Assembly (NCBI GenBank): GCA_050013755.1
Contig: JBEKER010000005.1
Coordinates: 864 to 64,863, forward strand
Direction: 5' to 3'
From: Halobacteriota archaeon
GTDB lineage: Archaea > Halobacteriota > Bog-38 > Methanoflorentales > Methanoflorentaceae
Length of the DNA stretch: 64,000 bases
Made by a program: the position numbers and the translations under genes. Of the stretch, positions 1 through 8,102 are shown piece by piece. The notes under the pieces were generated by a model. It saw only the letters and a list, made by a program, of their open reading frames with translations, was not told the DNA's origin and made no database searches. Every line of letters starts with the position of its first letter. Positions within the stretch are counted from its first letter, which is position 1.

Positions 1-108
1 GCTCTTAAACTGAGTTCTTCTTGGCCGAGACTTCTTACTGGATTAGCCAAAAAAGAGGACGTAAGGATAAAACAGTTGCGCTTGCGAACGGACCTTTTTT
101 CGAGATAG

Positions 109-351
109 CAGGCATTTGCCAACCTCTTTGGCGCGGAAGTCAACGACCTGCCGCTGACGCTTGTGGTGAGCTGGATCGAACAGAAGGTGGTCGCGATCCT
201 GTGGAGCTTGCGCCTCGACTTGAAGTGCATCTACCTCGGTCCGATTGTCCCGGGCTGGGTAAACGACGACATTCTGAAGGTCCTCGTCGACTCGTACGAT
301 ATAAAGCTGGTAAGCACTTCGGACGCCGCTATACCGAAGATGCTGGCGTAA
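109..351 (+). pseudogene. hcp: 3' remnant of hybrid-cluster protein (hydroxylamine reductase, Hcp)
   Basis: Frame-1 translation [71 protein letters not shown] matches the conserved C-terminal ~80 aa of Hcp (E. coli ...[29 protein letters not shown]...). An in-frame TAG lies at 106-108, and no clear Hcp sequence continues upstream in the same frame to the window edge. Confidence 0.5.
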
Positions 352-478
352 AGGACTGTCGTGAGCACGCGCACGTTGAACCGGAATCGAAGCATGACCG
401 GTGCGCGTCCGAAACGTTTTCGTGGCGCAACGCCTACCTAAGTGCGACTCACGTAGTCAGAATAGTGGAGGAACGGAA

Positions 479-823
479 GTGAGCGAAATTGAAATGTATA
501 AAGGGAAAGCACTGGACGTGAAAACACTCATCGAATACTCGGCCAATTCTATCGTTAGCAAGACCCTGATCGATACGAAAGCGGGCACGATTACGTTGTT
601 TTCTTTCGATGTGGGACAAGGCTTGAGCGAACACACCGCACCATATGATGCAGTCGTGCAGATCGTCGACGGCGAAGCAGAGATCACGATTGGGGGGAAC
701 CCCGTCCACGCGCGTGAAGGGACTATGGTCGTGATGCCCGCAAACGTCCCGCACGCGCTCCAGGCTGCAAAGCGGTTCAAGATGCTGCTCACGATGATTC
801 GTGCCTCGCAGACTTCGGGATGA
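479..823 (+). CDS. cupin-domain protein
   Basis: Part of ORF 401..823. GGAGGA at ~467-472 precedes GTG 479 (ATG 494 is an alternative start). GTITLFSFDVGQGLSEHTAPYDAVVQIVDGEAEITIGG...GTMVVMPANVPHAL is a typical single-barrel cupin pattern. Confidence 0.75.
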   Translation: MSEIEMYKGKALDVKTLIEYSANSIVSKTLIDTKAGTITLFSFDVGQGLSEHTAPYDAVVQIVDGEAEITIGGNPVHAREGTMVVMPANVPHALQAAKRFKMLLTMIRASQTSG

Positions 824-841
824 GTCAGGCGGGAGTTCAAA

Positions 842-1213
842 ATGACACAAGAAAACGAAGAAGGTAAGTACACAGGCGAAGAAGCCCCGGAAAGTCAGGA
901 ATTGATCGATAAAGTGCGGCACCTAAGCTTAGGGGCTCAAAGCGTCTTGTATGCAATGCTGATCGAAGAGGGAGAAGAAGAACCAGCAAAACGCGAAGGG
1001 TTGACCTCCGCCGAGATACACGAAGCGTGTGCTTCCTGTAGCTTGGACGACGCGGCGACGCCGCAAACCCTGATTGAAGCTGGCATTTCTGAACTCAAAG
1101 AGCAGAGGTTCATCGAAGAGCGAAACGGAAGACTGTTCCTCACAACGCGCGCCGAGCACATGCGTACCTTCGAAAAGGCAGTCGAAAGCAGTAGGTACGT
1201 GATTCGTAGATAA
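842..1213 (+). CDS. hypothetical protein, possible winged-helix fold
   Basis: 123-aa ORF with GGGAG 8 nt upstream of the ATG. Acidic N-terminus followed by a helix-rich segment. No family recognised. Confidence 0.5.
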   Translation: MTQENEEGKYTGEEAPESQELIDKVRHLSLGAQSVLYAMLIEEGEEEPAKREGLTSAEIHEACASCSLDDAATPQTLIEAGISELKEQRFIEERNGRLFLTTRAEHMRTFEKAVESSRYVIRR

Positions 1214-1267
1214 GTGCTCCATTTCGTCGGCGTTCCGCGGTCCCACACACAGGTTCGGAGGCAAAAA

Positions 1268-2398
1268 ATGGTCGACTATTTTAAACGAAAAAAGCAGATT
1301 CAGGAACTTATGGGAGCAAAAGGCGTCGATGCGATGCTCATTGCCGGGGCTGAGAACTATTACTACATTACCGGAGATTATCGGCGGCAGGCTCGAATGT
1401 TGTTCTATCGAGATGCCGATCCAACACTCATCGTCTTCCAACCTGAGGTAGAGCAAGTTCGTGCGCGCACGTGGGTAGACGACGTCCGCGGTTGGAGCAG
1501 CGCCAACGAGCTCATGCAGAACTTCTTTACCGCGATGAAGGCCCACGACCTTCGCAAAGCTACCGTCGGTTTCGATACGCACACCGCTCCCGGATTCGAA
1601 GTATTTCGTTTCAGAAAGCTCAATCCCGACATCACCATGGTCGAGAACGACGATATCATGAGCGAGCTGCGCATGGTCAAGTCAGCTGATGAAATCGCCC
1701 GTATGAAAAAGACCGCTCACGTCGCAGAGCTCGGGATGATGGCTGCGGCGGATGCGCTCATCGCCGGCGCAACCGAGAACGACGTTGCCGCAGAGGCCGA
1801 ATACGCCATGCGAAAGGCAGGCTCAGAGCGTTTGGGGTTTCTTACCTTCGTTAACTCGGGCGAGCGCTCGCTCGGCTTGCACGGATTTGTCTCACGCCGG
1901 GTTATCAGCGGCGGAGATCCCGTCATCGTAGATCTACACCCCGTCGCAGATCTGTATGCCTGCGATATGGCTCGTACCTTCGTGTGCAGCCCATCAGCTG
2001 GTGGCATAACAGCACAAGCAGTCGGCACCGAGTTCATCAAGCTTGCGGCAGCCTACGATGAGGCGCAACAAGGGGTCATTGACGCGGTAAAGCCGGGCTG
2101 GAAAGTCAAGCAGGTCACCCAGTTCATGGCGGAGTCCATTAACAAGACCGAGTTCGGCAAGTACGTCGTCCCAGGCTACATTCACGGCGTCGGCCTCGAG
2201 GCCGAGGAGTACCCCCACCCGAGCCACTATCCGCAGCACGGTGAGATCGTCCTCAAGGCTAATATGACTGTGAGCGTCGGTCATGCAGTGCTCGCCGTTC
2301 CCGGCGTCGGAGGATATCGAAGAGAGGATGTCGTTCGAATCACCGAGAGCGGGTGCGAGATATTGACTCGAGGAGAGGGACTTCCTGAGATCCTCTGA
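1268..2398 (+). CDS. M24-family metallopeptidase (Xaa-Pro dipeptidase / creatinase-prolidase type)
   Basis: Creatinase-like N-domain (GVDAMLIAGAENYYYITG) plus a pita-bread C-domain (DPVIVDLHPVADLYACDMARTF, GYIHGVGLEAEEYP, GGYRREDVVRITESG). ATG 1268 is preceded by GGAGG. The track ORF starts further upstream at 1214. Confidence 0.85.
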   Translation: MVDYFKRKKQIQELMGAKGVDAMLIAGAENYYYITGDYRRQARMLFYRDADPTLIVFQPEVEQVRARTWVDDVRGWSSANELMQNFFTAMKAHDLRKATVGFDTHTAPGFEVFRFRKLNPDITMVENDDIMSELRMVKSADEIARMKKTAHVAELGMMAAADALIAGATENDVAAEAEYAMRKAGSERLGFLTFVNSGERSLGLHGFVSRRVISGGDPVIVDLHPVADLYACDMARTFVCSPSAGGITAQAVGTEFIKLAAAYDEAQQGVIDAVKPGWKVKQVTQFMAESINKTEFGKYVVPGYIHGVGLEAEEYPHPSHYPQHGEIVLKANMTVSVGHAVLAVPGVGGYRREDVVRITESGCEILTRGEGLPEIL

Positions 2399-2690
2399 CT
2401 TCGCTATTCGCAGGGCCACGGGAGACTGAAGCAATCGGCGCCACGCATCGTGGGACTCGCGGAGCTAGTTTGCATGCGAGCATACGCGAAACTGCGGCCC
2501 TCGTCTGACGTCCGACGACGACGCACACGCCTCACGTTGCGTTTTCAAGTGCTAGCGCACAGACACCAAGTAGGCCGCATACCCCAGGCAACACGCGTGG
2601 GAGGGCGTGAGGCTGCATCGCGGCTAAACGAACGTGTAACGCTTTTTTTGCGGCACGCTCTATTTATGCTATTATGGCTTATGACCGCGT

Positions 2691-2915
2691 ATGCTCAAGG
2701 AATCTCTACTCACGGTCGAAAACGAGCGCTTGAAAGCTGAGAACGAGAAGCTACAGATGAAGCATTCGGAAGAGTTTAACCGGGTGCGCTCCGAAGTTCA
2801 ACGCCTGAAGAAGGAGAACGACAAATTAAAGACAGAGAACAAAGATTTGGAGCGCAAATACCTCCGAATATTGAAGCAACTTGAGAAACACACTAAGAGA
2901 GATGCCAGCGTTTAA
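2691..2915 (+). CDS. small coiled-coil protein
   Basis: 74-aa ORF with heptad-like K/E/L-rich sequence (ENERLKAENEKLQMK...LKKENDKLKTENKDLERK). An AT-rich TATA-like box (tatttatgctattat) lies ~25 nt upstream of the ATG, suggesting a leaderless mRNA. Confidence 0.5.
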   Translation: MLKESLLTVENERLKAENEKLQMKHSEEFNRVRSEVQRLKKENDKLKTENKDLERKYLRILKQLEKHTKRDASV

Positions 2916-3146
2916 GCACGTCTTCGTGCGGCGAAGGACGTCGCGAAGCCATCAGCTTTGAATCTGCAATAAACGCGCGGCAAGACGCTTCTGCCTGCGC
3001 ACAGGTAATCGAGAGGACATATATTCGGCTCAAGGCGCCAAAAGCGTACGGTGCAGAAACCGCACAAAACACGTGCACGCGTGGACAATAGAAACGAAAA
3101 AAGCGCACCCATCCGTGCTCAACCTTACTTGATGCAGGGCGCTGCT

Positions 3147-3177
3147 AAAAAAAGGATGACGGGCCCTTTCGCGGGCC
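3147..3177 (-). terminator. hairpin plus oligo-T (minus strand) downstream of hsp20
   Basis: GGCCC(3162-3166)/GGGCC(3173-3177) stem, followed on the minus strand by T7 (A-run 3147-3153 on plus). Confidence 0.4.
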
Positions 3178-3190
3178 GGTCGCTCTAAGA

Positions 3191-3487
3191 CTACTTTATC
3201 GGTACCTTCACTCCTTCGAAACTTTCTACTAGAGGTACGGTGACCTTCAGAAGTCCATTGGAGAATGTAGCGTTCGCCTTTTGAGGCTCAATGGCATGGG
3301 CGAGTATCCAGCATCCCACGTACTCGATGTCTTCTCTCGGTGCGACAAGACAAAAGCCATTCTCAGAGGCTTCGAGTTCTATGTCCTTTTTATGTACGCC
3401 GGGCAGCTCCACTTCGATCGTGTAGGTATTCTTGTCGTGATACAACGACGCGTCCGGGACGACGCCGATTCGTTCTTTTTCATCCAT
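3191..3487 (-). CDS. hsp20: small heat-shock protein, Hsp20/alpha-crystallin family
   Basis: YTIEVELPGVHKKDIELEASENGFCLVA...ATFSNGLLKVTVP is the alpha-crystallin domain signature. GGTGG lies 8 nt upstream of the ATG. Confidence 0.85.
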   Translation of the reverse strand: MDEKERIGVVPDASLYHDKNTYTIEVELPGVHKKDIELEASENGFCLVAPREDIEYVGCWILAHAIEPQKANATFSNGLLKVTVPLVESFEGVKVPIK

Positions 3488-3629
3488 TGATAAACCACCG
3501 CAAAAATGTTCAATTCAAATCATTAAATAACTTTTCCGAGCATTCGAGCTTAGGTCAGCAATGCGGCCGAAATGAAGAATTTTAAAGTGCAAATGGTCAA
3601 AGACCAACGAGAATAGAGCTAGTAGTGAT

Positions 3630-4730
3630 TTAGAGAGCAACACCGTCTACGAGTTCGATCAAAAAGCTTCGAATCGCATCCATTGACCTTTTCCACGTGG
3701 GGAGGGACTCATAGCGATTGCGAGCTGCCAAGCTCATTTCGACTAAGCGCTGTCGATTCTGCGCTAATTCAGTCAAATGGCTTGCGAGCGCAACCGCATC
3801 GCCCGGTGATATGAGGAAACCGTCACAGCCGTGCGTGATGATTTCTCCTGCTGCACCAGATGTCGTGCCGATCGCCGGCAGACCAAAACCCATAGCTTCT
3901 GCATAGACTATGCCATATCCCTCGTAAGAGGAGGGCATAAGCAGAACGTGGCTCGCTTTCATATACTTCGACAGTTCCCGATCGGGCAATATGCCTGCAA
4001 ACTGAATGTTCGCGGCCAATCCCGCCCGCGCGATTTGACGGCTTACTGCGCGAGCGTAAGATGGGTGTGCGCGGGGATTGCCGACCGCTGTAAGCGTCCA
4101 CTGATCTTTAGGCAACCTCTCGAGCGCCTTTAGAGCGATATGTAGCCCCTTGCGCGGGATCACGTTGCCCAAGAACAGTAAACGTAAGGGACCATTTAGC
4201 GCTCGATTCTTCAGCTCTTCGTCACTGATCTGTGGATTCAATCGATCACTACCCGGATACGCAATAAGACTCGCGTGCGGCTGAGCCCGAGCGACCTTAA
4301 GTAAACGTTCTGCCTCTCGACGGGTCGTCGCGCTGTTGTAAATAAGTCCCTCAACGCCGGCAAGATACCGCGATTCGACCGAGCGATAAAAGGAGTTTTG
4401 CCAAGCCGGGTGATTCAGGCTGCTTGTGAGAAGATGGACGACGGAAACAACAGGACAGCTGATCCGCTCGCGCACACGGCGGTTGAGCAGGAACAGGGAC
4501 GGGTGATTAAGCTCATCTTGAAGCATGATGTCCACGTGGAGCCCTAGTAATCGACGACGTAGATCGGGCGAGAAGTTGTCACCCAGGTTTCGCAGGTAAT
4601 TTCGCCGGGGCAATGAGATGATCGCTACGCTATCTCCGACTGCGCGCAGAACGGCAACCAACGTGCGGTCGTATAAGTAGCCACCAGAGAGCGTGTCCAA
4701 GCTTCCGTAAATTACCAGCCCAATGCGCAT
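3630..4730 (-). CDS. GT4-family glycosyltransferase
   Basis: GT-B fold with the C-terminal signature VLLMPSSYEGYGIVYAEAMGFGLPAIGTTSGAAGEIITHGCDGFL (E-x7-E). Confidence 0.85.
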   Translation of the reverse strand: MRIGLVIYGSLDTLSGGYLYDRTLVAVLRAVGDSVAIISLPRRNYLRNLGDNFSPDLRRRLLGLHVDIMLQDELNHPSLFLLNRRVRERISCPVVSVVHLLTSSLNHPAWQNSFYRSVESRYLAGVEGLIYNSATTRREAERLLKVARAQPHASLIAYPGSDRLNPQISDEELKNRALNGPLRLLFLGNVIPRKGLHIALKALERLPKDQWTLTAVGNPRAHPSYARAVSRQIARAGLAANIQFAGILPDRELSKYMKASHVLLMPSSYEGYGIVYAEAMGFGLPAIGTTSGAAGEIITHGCDGFLISPGDAVALASHLTELAQNRQRLVEMSLAARNRYESLPTWKRSMDAIRSFLIELVDGVAL

Positions 4731-4770
4731 TTTCCTGTAACGAGACTCAGAGCTTTGGGCACGGGCACAC

Positions 4771-5160
4771 TCACGTGCTGCGTTGCTTTACACGGCTGTG
4801 CGACGCCCACGCAGTGTCATTTTCCCAAATCTTCACGGTAATGACGCGCACAGCGGGGGTATTTATTCTCGCTGAGAGCACATCGCACAGAATATAAGCA
4901 AAACGCTCGATGCTGGGATTTAGTCCGGCAAACTCGGGCAACTCGTTGAGCGTTCGGTCCGCATAGTAACGGATCTGTGCATCTAACTGAGCTTCCAGGT
5001 CAACAATATCGACAAGAAAGCCGTGGCAATCCAGTTCTTTCCCTTCCAGCTGGAGTTCTACCTTATAGTGATGGGAATGATTGCGGTTCTCTTCCCCCCA
5101 ATCACCCCCTATCAGATGATGTTGAGCGACGAAATCTCGTTTGATAGCGACGGCATACAT
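4771..5160 (-). CDS. 6-pyruvoyl-tetrahydropterin synthase / QueD-fold protein (non-canonical, no catalytic Cys)
   Basis: 129 aa. FVAQHHL and NHSHHYKVELQL align with the PTPS/QueD zinc-histidine motifs, and GFLVDIVDL with the conserved G-x-V-x-D. The stop is 40 nt upstream of the GT4 start and the start is 7 nt downstream of the preceding gene's stop. Confidence 0.75.
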   Translation of the reverse strand: MYAVAIKRDFVAQHHLIGGDWGEENRNHSHHYKVELQLEGKELDCHGFLVDIVDLEAQLDAQIRYYADRTLNELPEFAGLNPSIERFAYILCDVLSARINTPAVRVITVKIWENDTAWASHSRVKQRST

Positions 5161-5167
5161 GGTCGTC

Positions 5168-7090
5168 TTAATAGGTTAATAAAATCTGGATTACCTTTTC
5201 AGGATTTTGATCCAGTAACTGATAGGCCTCTGCCGCCTGTTCGATCGGAAAACGGTGCGTTATAAGACGTAACGGTTTCAGCTGGCGGATCATTTCCCAC
5301 GCGACGTCAAAACGGCGCATCTTTGTCCATCGACCGTCAAATTCTGGCGCCATGCTGCTGACCTGGCTGCTGACTAGACGAATACGACTGCGATGGAAGC
5401 TTCCACCTAGGTTCAGGGTGGCACGCTTGCTCCCGTACCAGGAGCCGATGACGATGCGACCGTTGAAACCCGTTGCAGTGAGCGCCTGCTGCAAAGCAGC
5501 CGGGGAGCCTGAGATCTCGTACGTCAGATCTGCCCCGTTTGGCAACTGATCATGCAGCAACGTTTCGAGGGCCGCGTCGTGAGGATCGAGGGATGCTCCC
5601 GCCCCAGCCTCACGTGACGTTTGGCGGCGCAACGCGTGTTGATCCAAAGTAATCAGATTAGCGAGGGGGAAACCCGCTAAAATGCTTGTCGTCAACAAAC
5701 CGACGATCCCCTGACCAAAAACGAGCACATCCTCGCCGATCACCGGCGCACCGTCCATTACAAAATTAACGGCGGTTTCCATCGTTGGTAGGAATGCGGC
5801 GTCTTCCGCGTTTATGTCATCGGGCACCGGTAACAGTGTCGACGGGTCAGCGATGAAATGGCTTTCGTGGGGATGGAATGCCAGAACGAGACTGCCCCCC
5901 CAGTCGGCCTCCACGTCCTTGCCTAGAGCGACTACTTGTCCGACCGCCGAATAGCCGTATTTTAGCGGGTAGGCGAACTCGCCTGAAAGATCCACGATGC
6001 TCTCGTCGATGGCCATTCCTTCTGGAAACTCGCCGCGATAAATGAGGGATTCCGTGCCAGGACTGATGGCCGAGAACAACGTTTCGACCAACACCTGAGT
6101 GGCTTTGAGTTTAGGGAGCGCTTCTTCGCGGACGCTCACTTGCCGTCGGGCGGTGAAATAGAGTGATGTTGTGTGGTTGACGGACTTTCTTTCAAGCAAC
6201 TCTCCTGTGCAGGTGCGAGGCCCCAAAGAAGTGCTCTCACGCTGGCCACCGGCAGTCACCCCACCCTCTCGATGCTGCAACGTTGCACCAACGTTCAGCG
6301 AGTGATTCATCCGCAAGGCCTTGGTAAGTAGATACTTGAAGTTGCTTTCGTTTACGGTCGGATGCAATGGCAGCCGTTGCTCCACGTTCACCCCCAGCTC
6401 GCGAAGACACGCCACTTTGTGCGGGTTGTTCGTGAGGAGGCGCACCGAGCGTACCTGTAAATCCGCGAGAATCCGAGCCGCCAGGGTATAATCCCGTTGG
6501 TCAGCCTGATGCCCTAGCAGCAGGTTCGCATCGACCGTATCATAACCTTGGTCTTGCAGGTTGTACGCGCGCAGTTTGTCACGCAGACCTATTCCGCGCC
6601 CCTCTTGACGCAAGTAGATCAATACCCCGCAGCCCTCCTCTGCGATGTTCTTCATTGCGAGTTTGAGCTGTTCTCTGCAGTCGCAGCGATTAGAGCCAAG
6701 CACTTCACCGGTAAAGCACTCCGATTGAACTCGTACTAAGATATTCGATTTGCCCCGCACATTGCCCCTTATTAGGGCGAAATGCTCTTTTTCATCCTCG
6801 CGGTCGGTATACAAGCAAAGCTGAAAGTCTCCGAGGCCGGTAGGAATGCGTGCGGTGACGCCCCGCTTGACGCTTCTGTTCACTGCCTTTTCTGCGTTCA
6901 CGCTTTCACGTTCGTAATAGGGTTCGAGACCAGAGGCGTTAATACTTTTCTGTGAACAATGCGACCGAACGACCAGCGTGCGACGAAGAACTCGTGCTAA
7001 TAAACCAAAGACCGCCCCGATTCGACGGCAGAACCACAGTGTCACCGCGCACCAGGCGAAGCGATGCAACCGCAACCCACTTGCTAGCAA
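5168..7090 (-). CDS. fusion protein: GTP cyclohydrolase II (RibA-type) domain + medium-chain dehydrogenase/reductase domain
   Basis: Uninterrupted 640-codon ORF. N-terminal part: IPTGLGDFQL, VRVQSECFTGEVLGSNRCDC, YLRQEGRGIGL, RAYNLQDQGYDTVDAN, LLTNNPHK (RibA signatures). C-terminal part: VETLFSAISPGTE, YGYSAVGQVVALG, Rossmann VLVFGQGIVG (MDR fold). The start is uncertain; in-frame GTG codons at 6901 and 6883 sit closer to the RibA homology. Confidence 0.8.
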   Translation of the reverse strand: MLASGLRLHRFAWCAVTLWFCRRIGAVFGLLARVLRRTLVVRSHCSQKSINASGLEPYYERESVNAEKAVNRSVKRGVTARIPTGLGDFQLCLYTDREDEKEHFALIRGNVRGKSNILVRVQSECFTGEVLGSNRCDCREQLKLAMKNIAEEGCGVLIYLRQEGRGIGLRDKLRAYNLQDQGYDTVDANLLLGHQADQRDYTLAARILADLQVRSVRLLTNNPHKVACLRELGVNVEQRLPLHPTVNESNFKYLLTKALRMNHSLNVGATLQHREGGVTAGGQRESTSLGPRTCTGELLERKSVNHTTSLYFTARRQVSVREEALPKLKATQVLVETLFSAISPGTESLIYRGEFPEGMAIDESIVDLSGEFAYPLKYGYSAVGQVVALGKDVEADWGGSLVLAFHPHESHFIADPSTLLPVPDDINAEDAAFLPTMETAVNFVMDGAPVIGEDVLVFGQGIVGLLTTSILAGFPLANLITLDQHALRRQTSREAGAGASLDPHDAALETLLHDQLPNGADLTYEISGSPAALQQALTATGFNGRIVIGSWYGSKRATLNLGGSFHRSRIRLVSSQVSSMAPEFDGRWTKMRRFDVAWEMIRQLKPLRLITHRFPIEQAAEAYQLLDQNPEKVIQILLTY

Positions 7091-7538
7091 TTGTCACATA
7101 TAAAGAAACGACGCAAAAAACGCACAATTTTGGCTTTTTTTAACATTTTTCCGCAAATATTTTGCAATGAGCCACGAGAATTATGCAGAAAGATACTACT
7201 TTTAGTAGTGACTTGTAGTCATTTACCCTCTATGGGTGATGTGGAGGAGAAAACACCAACTGCCAACGATTGAGCAAGTTAAAATCTGCTCTAGCGTTTC
7301 TAGAACAAAGGTACCTGGACTTTAAACGCGCCGCTGACAAGAGTTTTTCTCGCCCCACATACCCCATAGAGCCACATAATTTTTTGACGATATCTCTTGT
7401 AGGTGAGCCGCAGCAAAACGTCGCCGCATTAAGGCGGCGAATCCGGGAATCACCCTCGCGACCCAATGACTCTGCAAAACACGTCCGAGTAATACAAAAG
7501 TTGAGGCGTCGCTTTCAAGCGGGTTCTGACTCGGCAGG

Positions 7539-7754
7539 TCACGAAACTCGAGCTGGCTCAAGATCAAAGACGTCGTAAACCCACTGAGTGCGCTTTTGCC
7601 AGTCGTGCCACAGCGCCTGTTTGGATATGCTGTACTTAGCGGAGAGCTTATCAAGAATCTCCGTCATGTTCAATTTTTGAACATGAAGACGATACATCTC
7701 CCGCCTTCTCGCATAGAGCTGCGCTTTGTTCTTCATAGTTACACTCTCTTCCAT
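7539..7754 (-). CDS. small HTH-like protein (orphan)
   Basis: 71-aa ORF. LNMTEILDKLSAKYSISKQALWHDWQKR looks like a helix-turn-helix. It sits alone in a ~1-kb otherwise non-coding stretch. Function unknown. Confidence 0.35.
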   Translation of the reverse strand: MEESVTMKNKAQLYARRREMYRLHVQKLNMTEILDKLSAKYSISKQALWHDWQKRTQWVYDVFDLEPARVS

Positions 7755-8102
7755 CTAGCGGAATGAACGTCTGCCTTGTTATGAATGCCGGACAAGCAGT
7801 GCGAAAGTGATTGATCCTCGCCGTACAGGTATTAATTGGTATCCTCCTTTTTTTCCTGACTCACAGCTCGAAGTGCGGAGCGTATCCCGCGCCTTTCTAA
7901 GTTACAGTCGCGAGTGACTCGTCTAAGAATTGACCAAAGCTACCTGACGACGAGTATGACACGCCCAGAGGCAGGCCTAATTCTTAACTCAGCTTGTCTG
8001 AAAACGCTTCCTGATTGTGAACTCGCACGCTTCAGGGCTTGCGCCCCCTGGCAGCTCGCGCCAGCACGCATATATAGCTGAGAAGTGAACAATCGCGAAG
8101 AA

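Noticed and set aside
5168-7090. Interpreting the GCH II domain as an ordinary riboflavin-pathway ribA (or ribBA)
   Set aside because: There is no DHBP synthase domain and there are no rib genes nearby. The fused partner is an MDR dehydrogenase, and the operon partners are a PTPS homologue and a glycosyltransferase.
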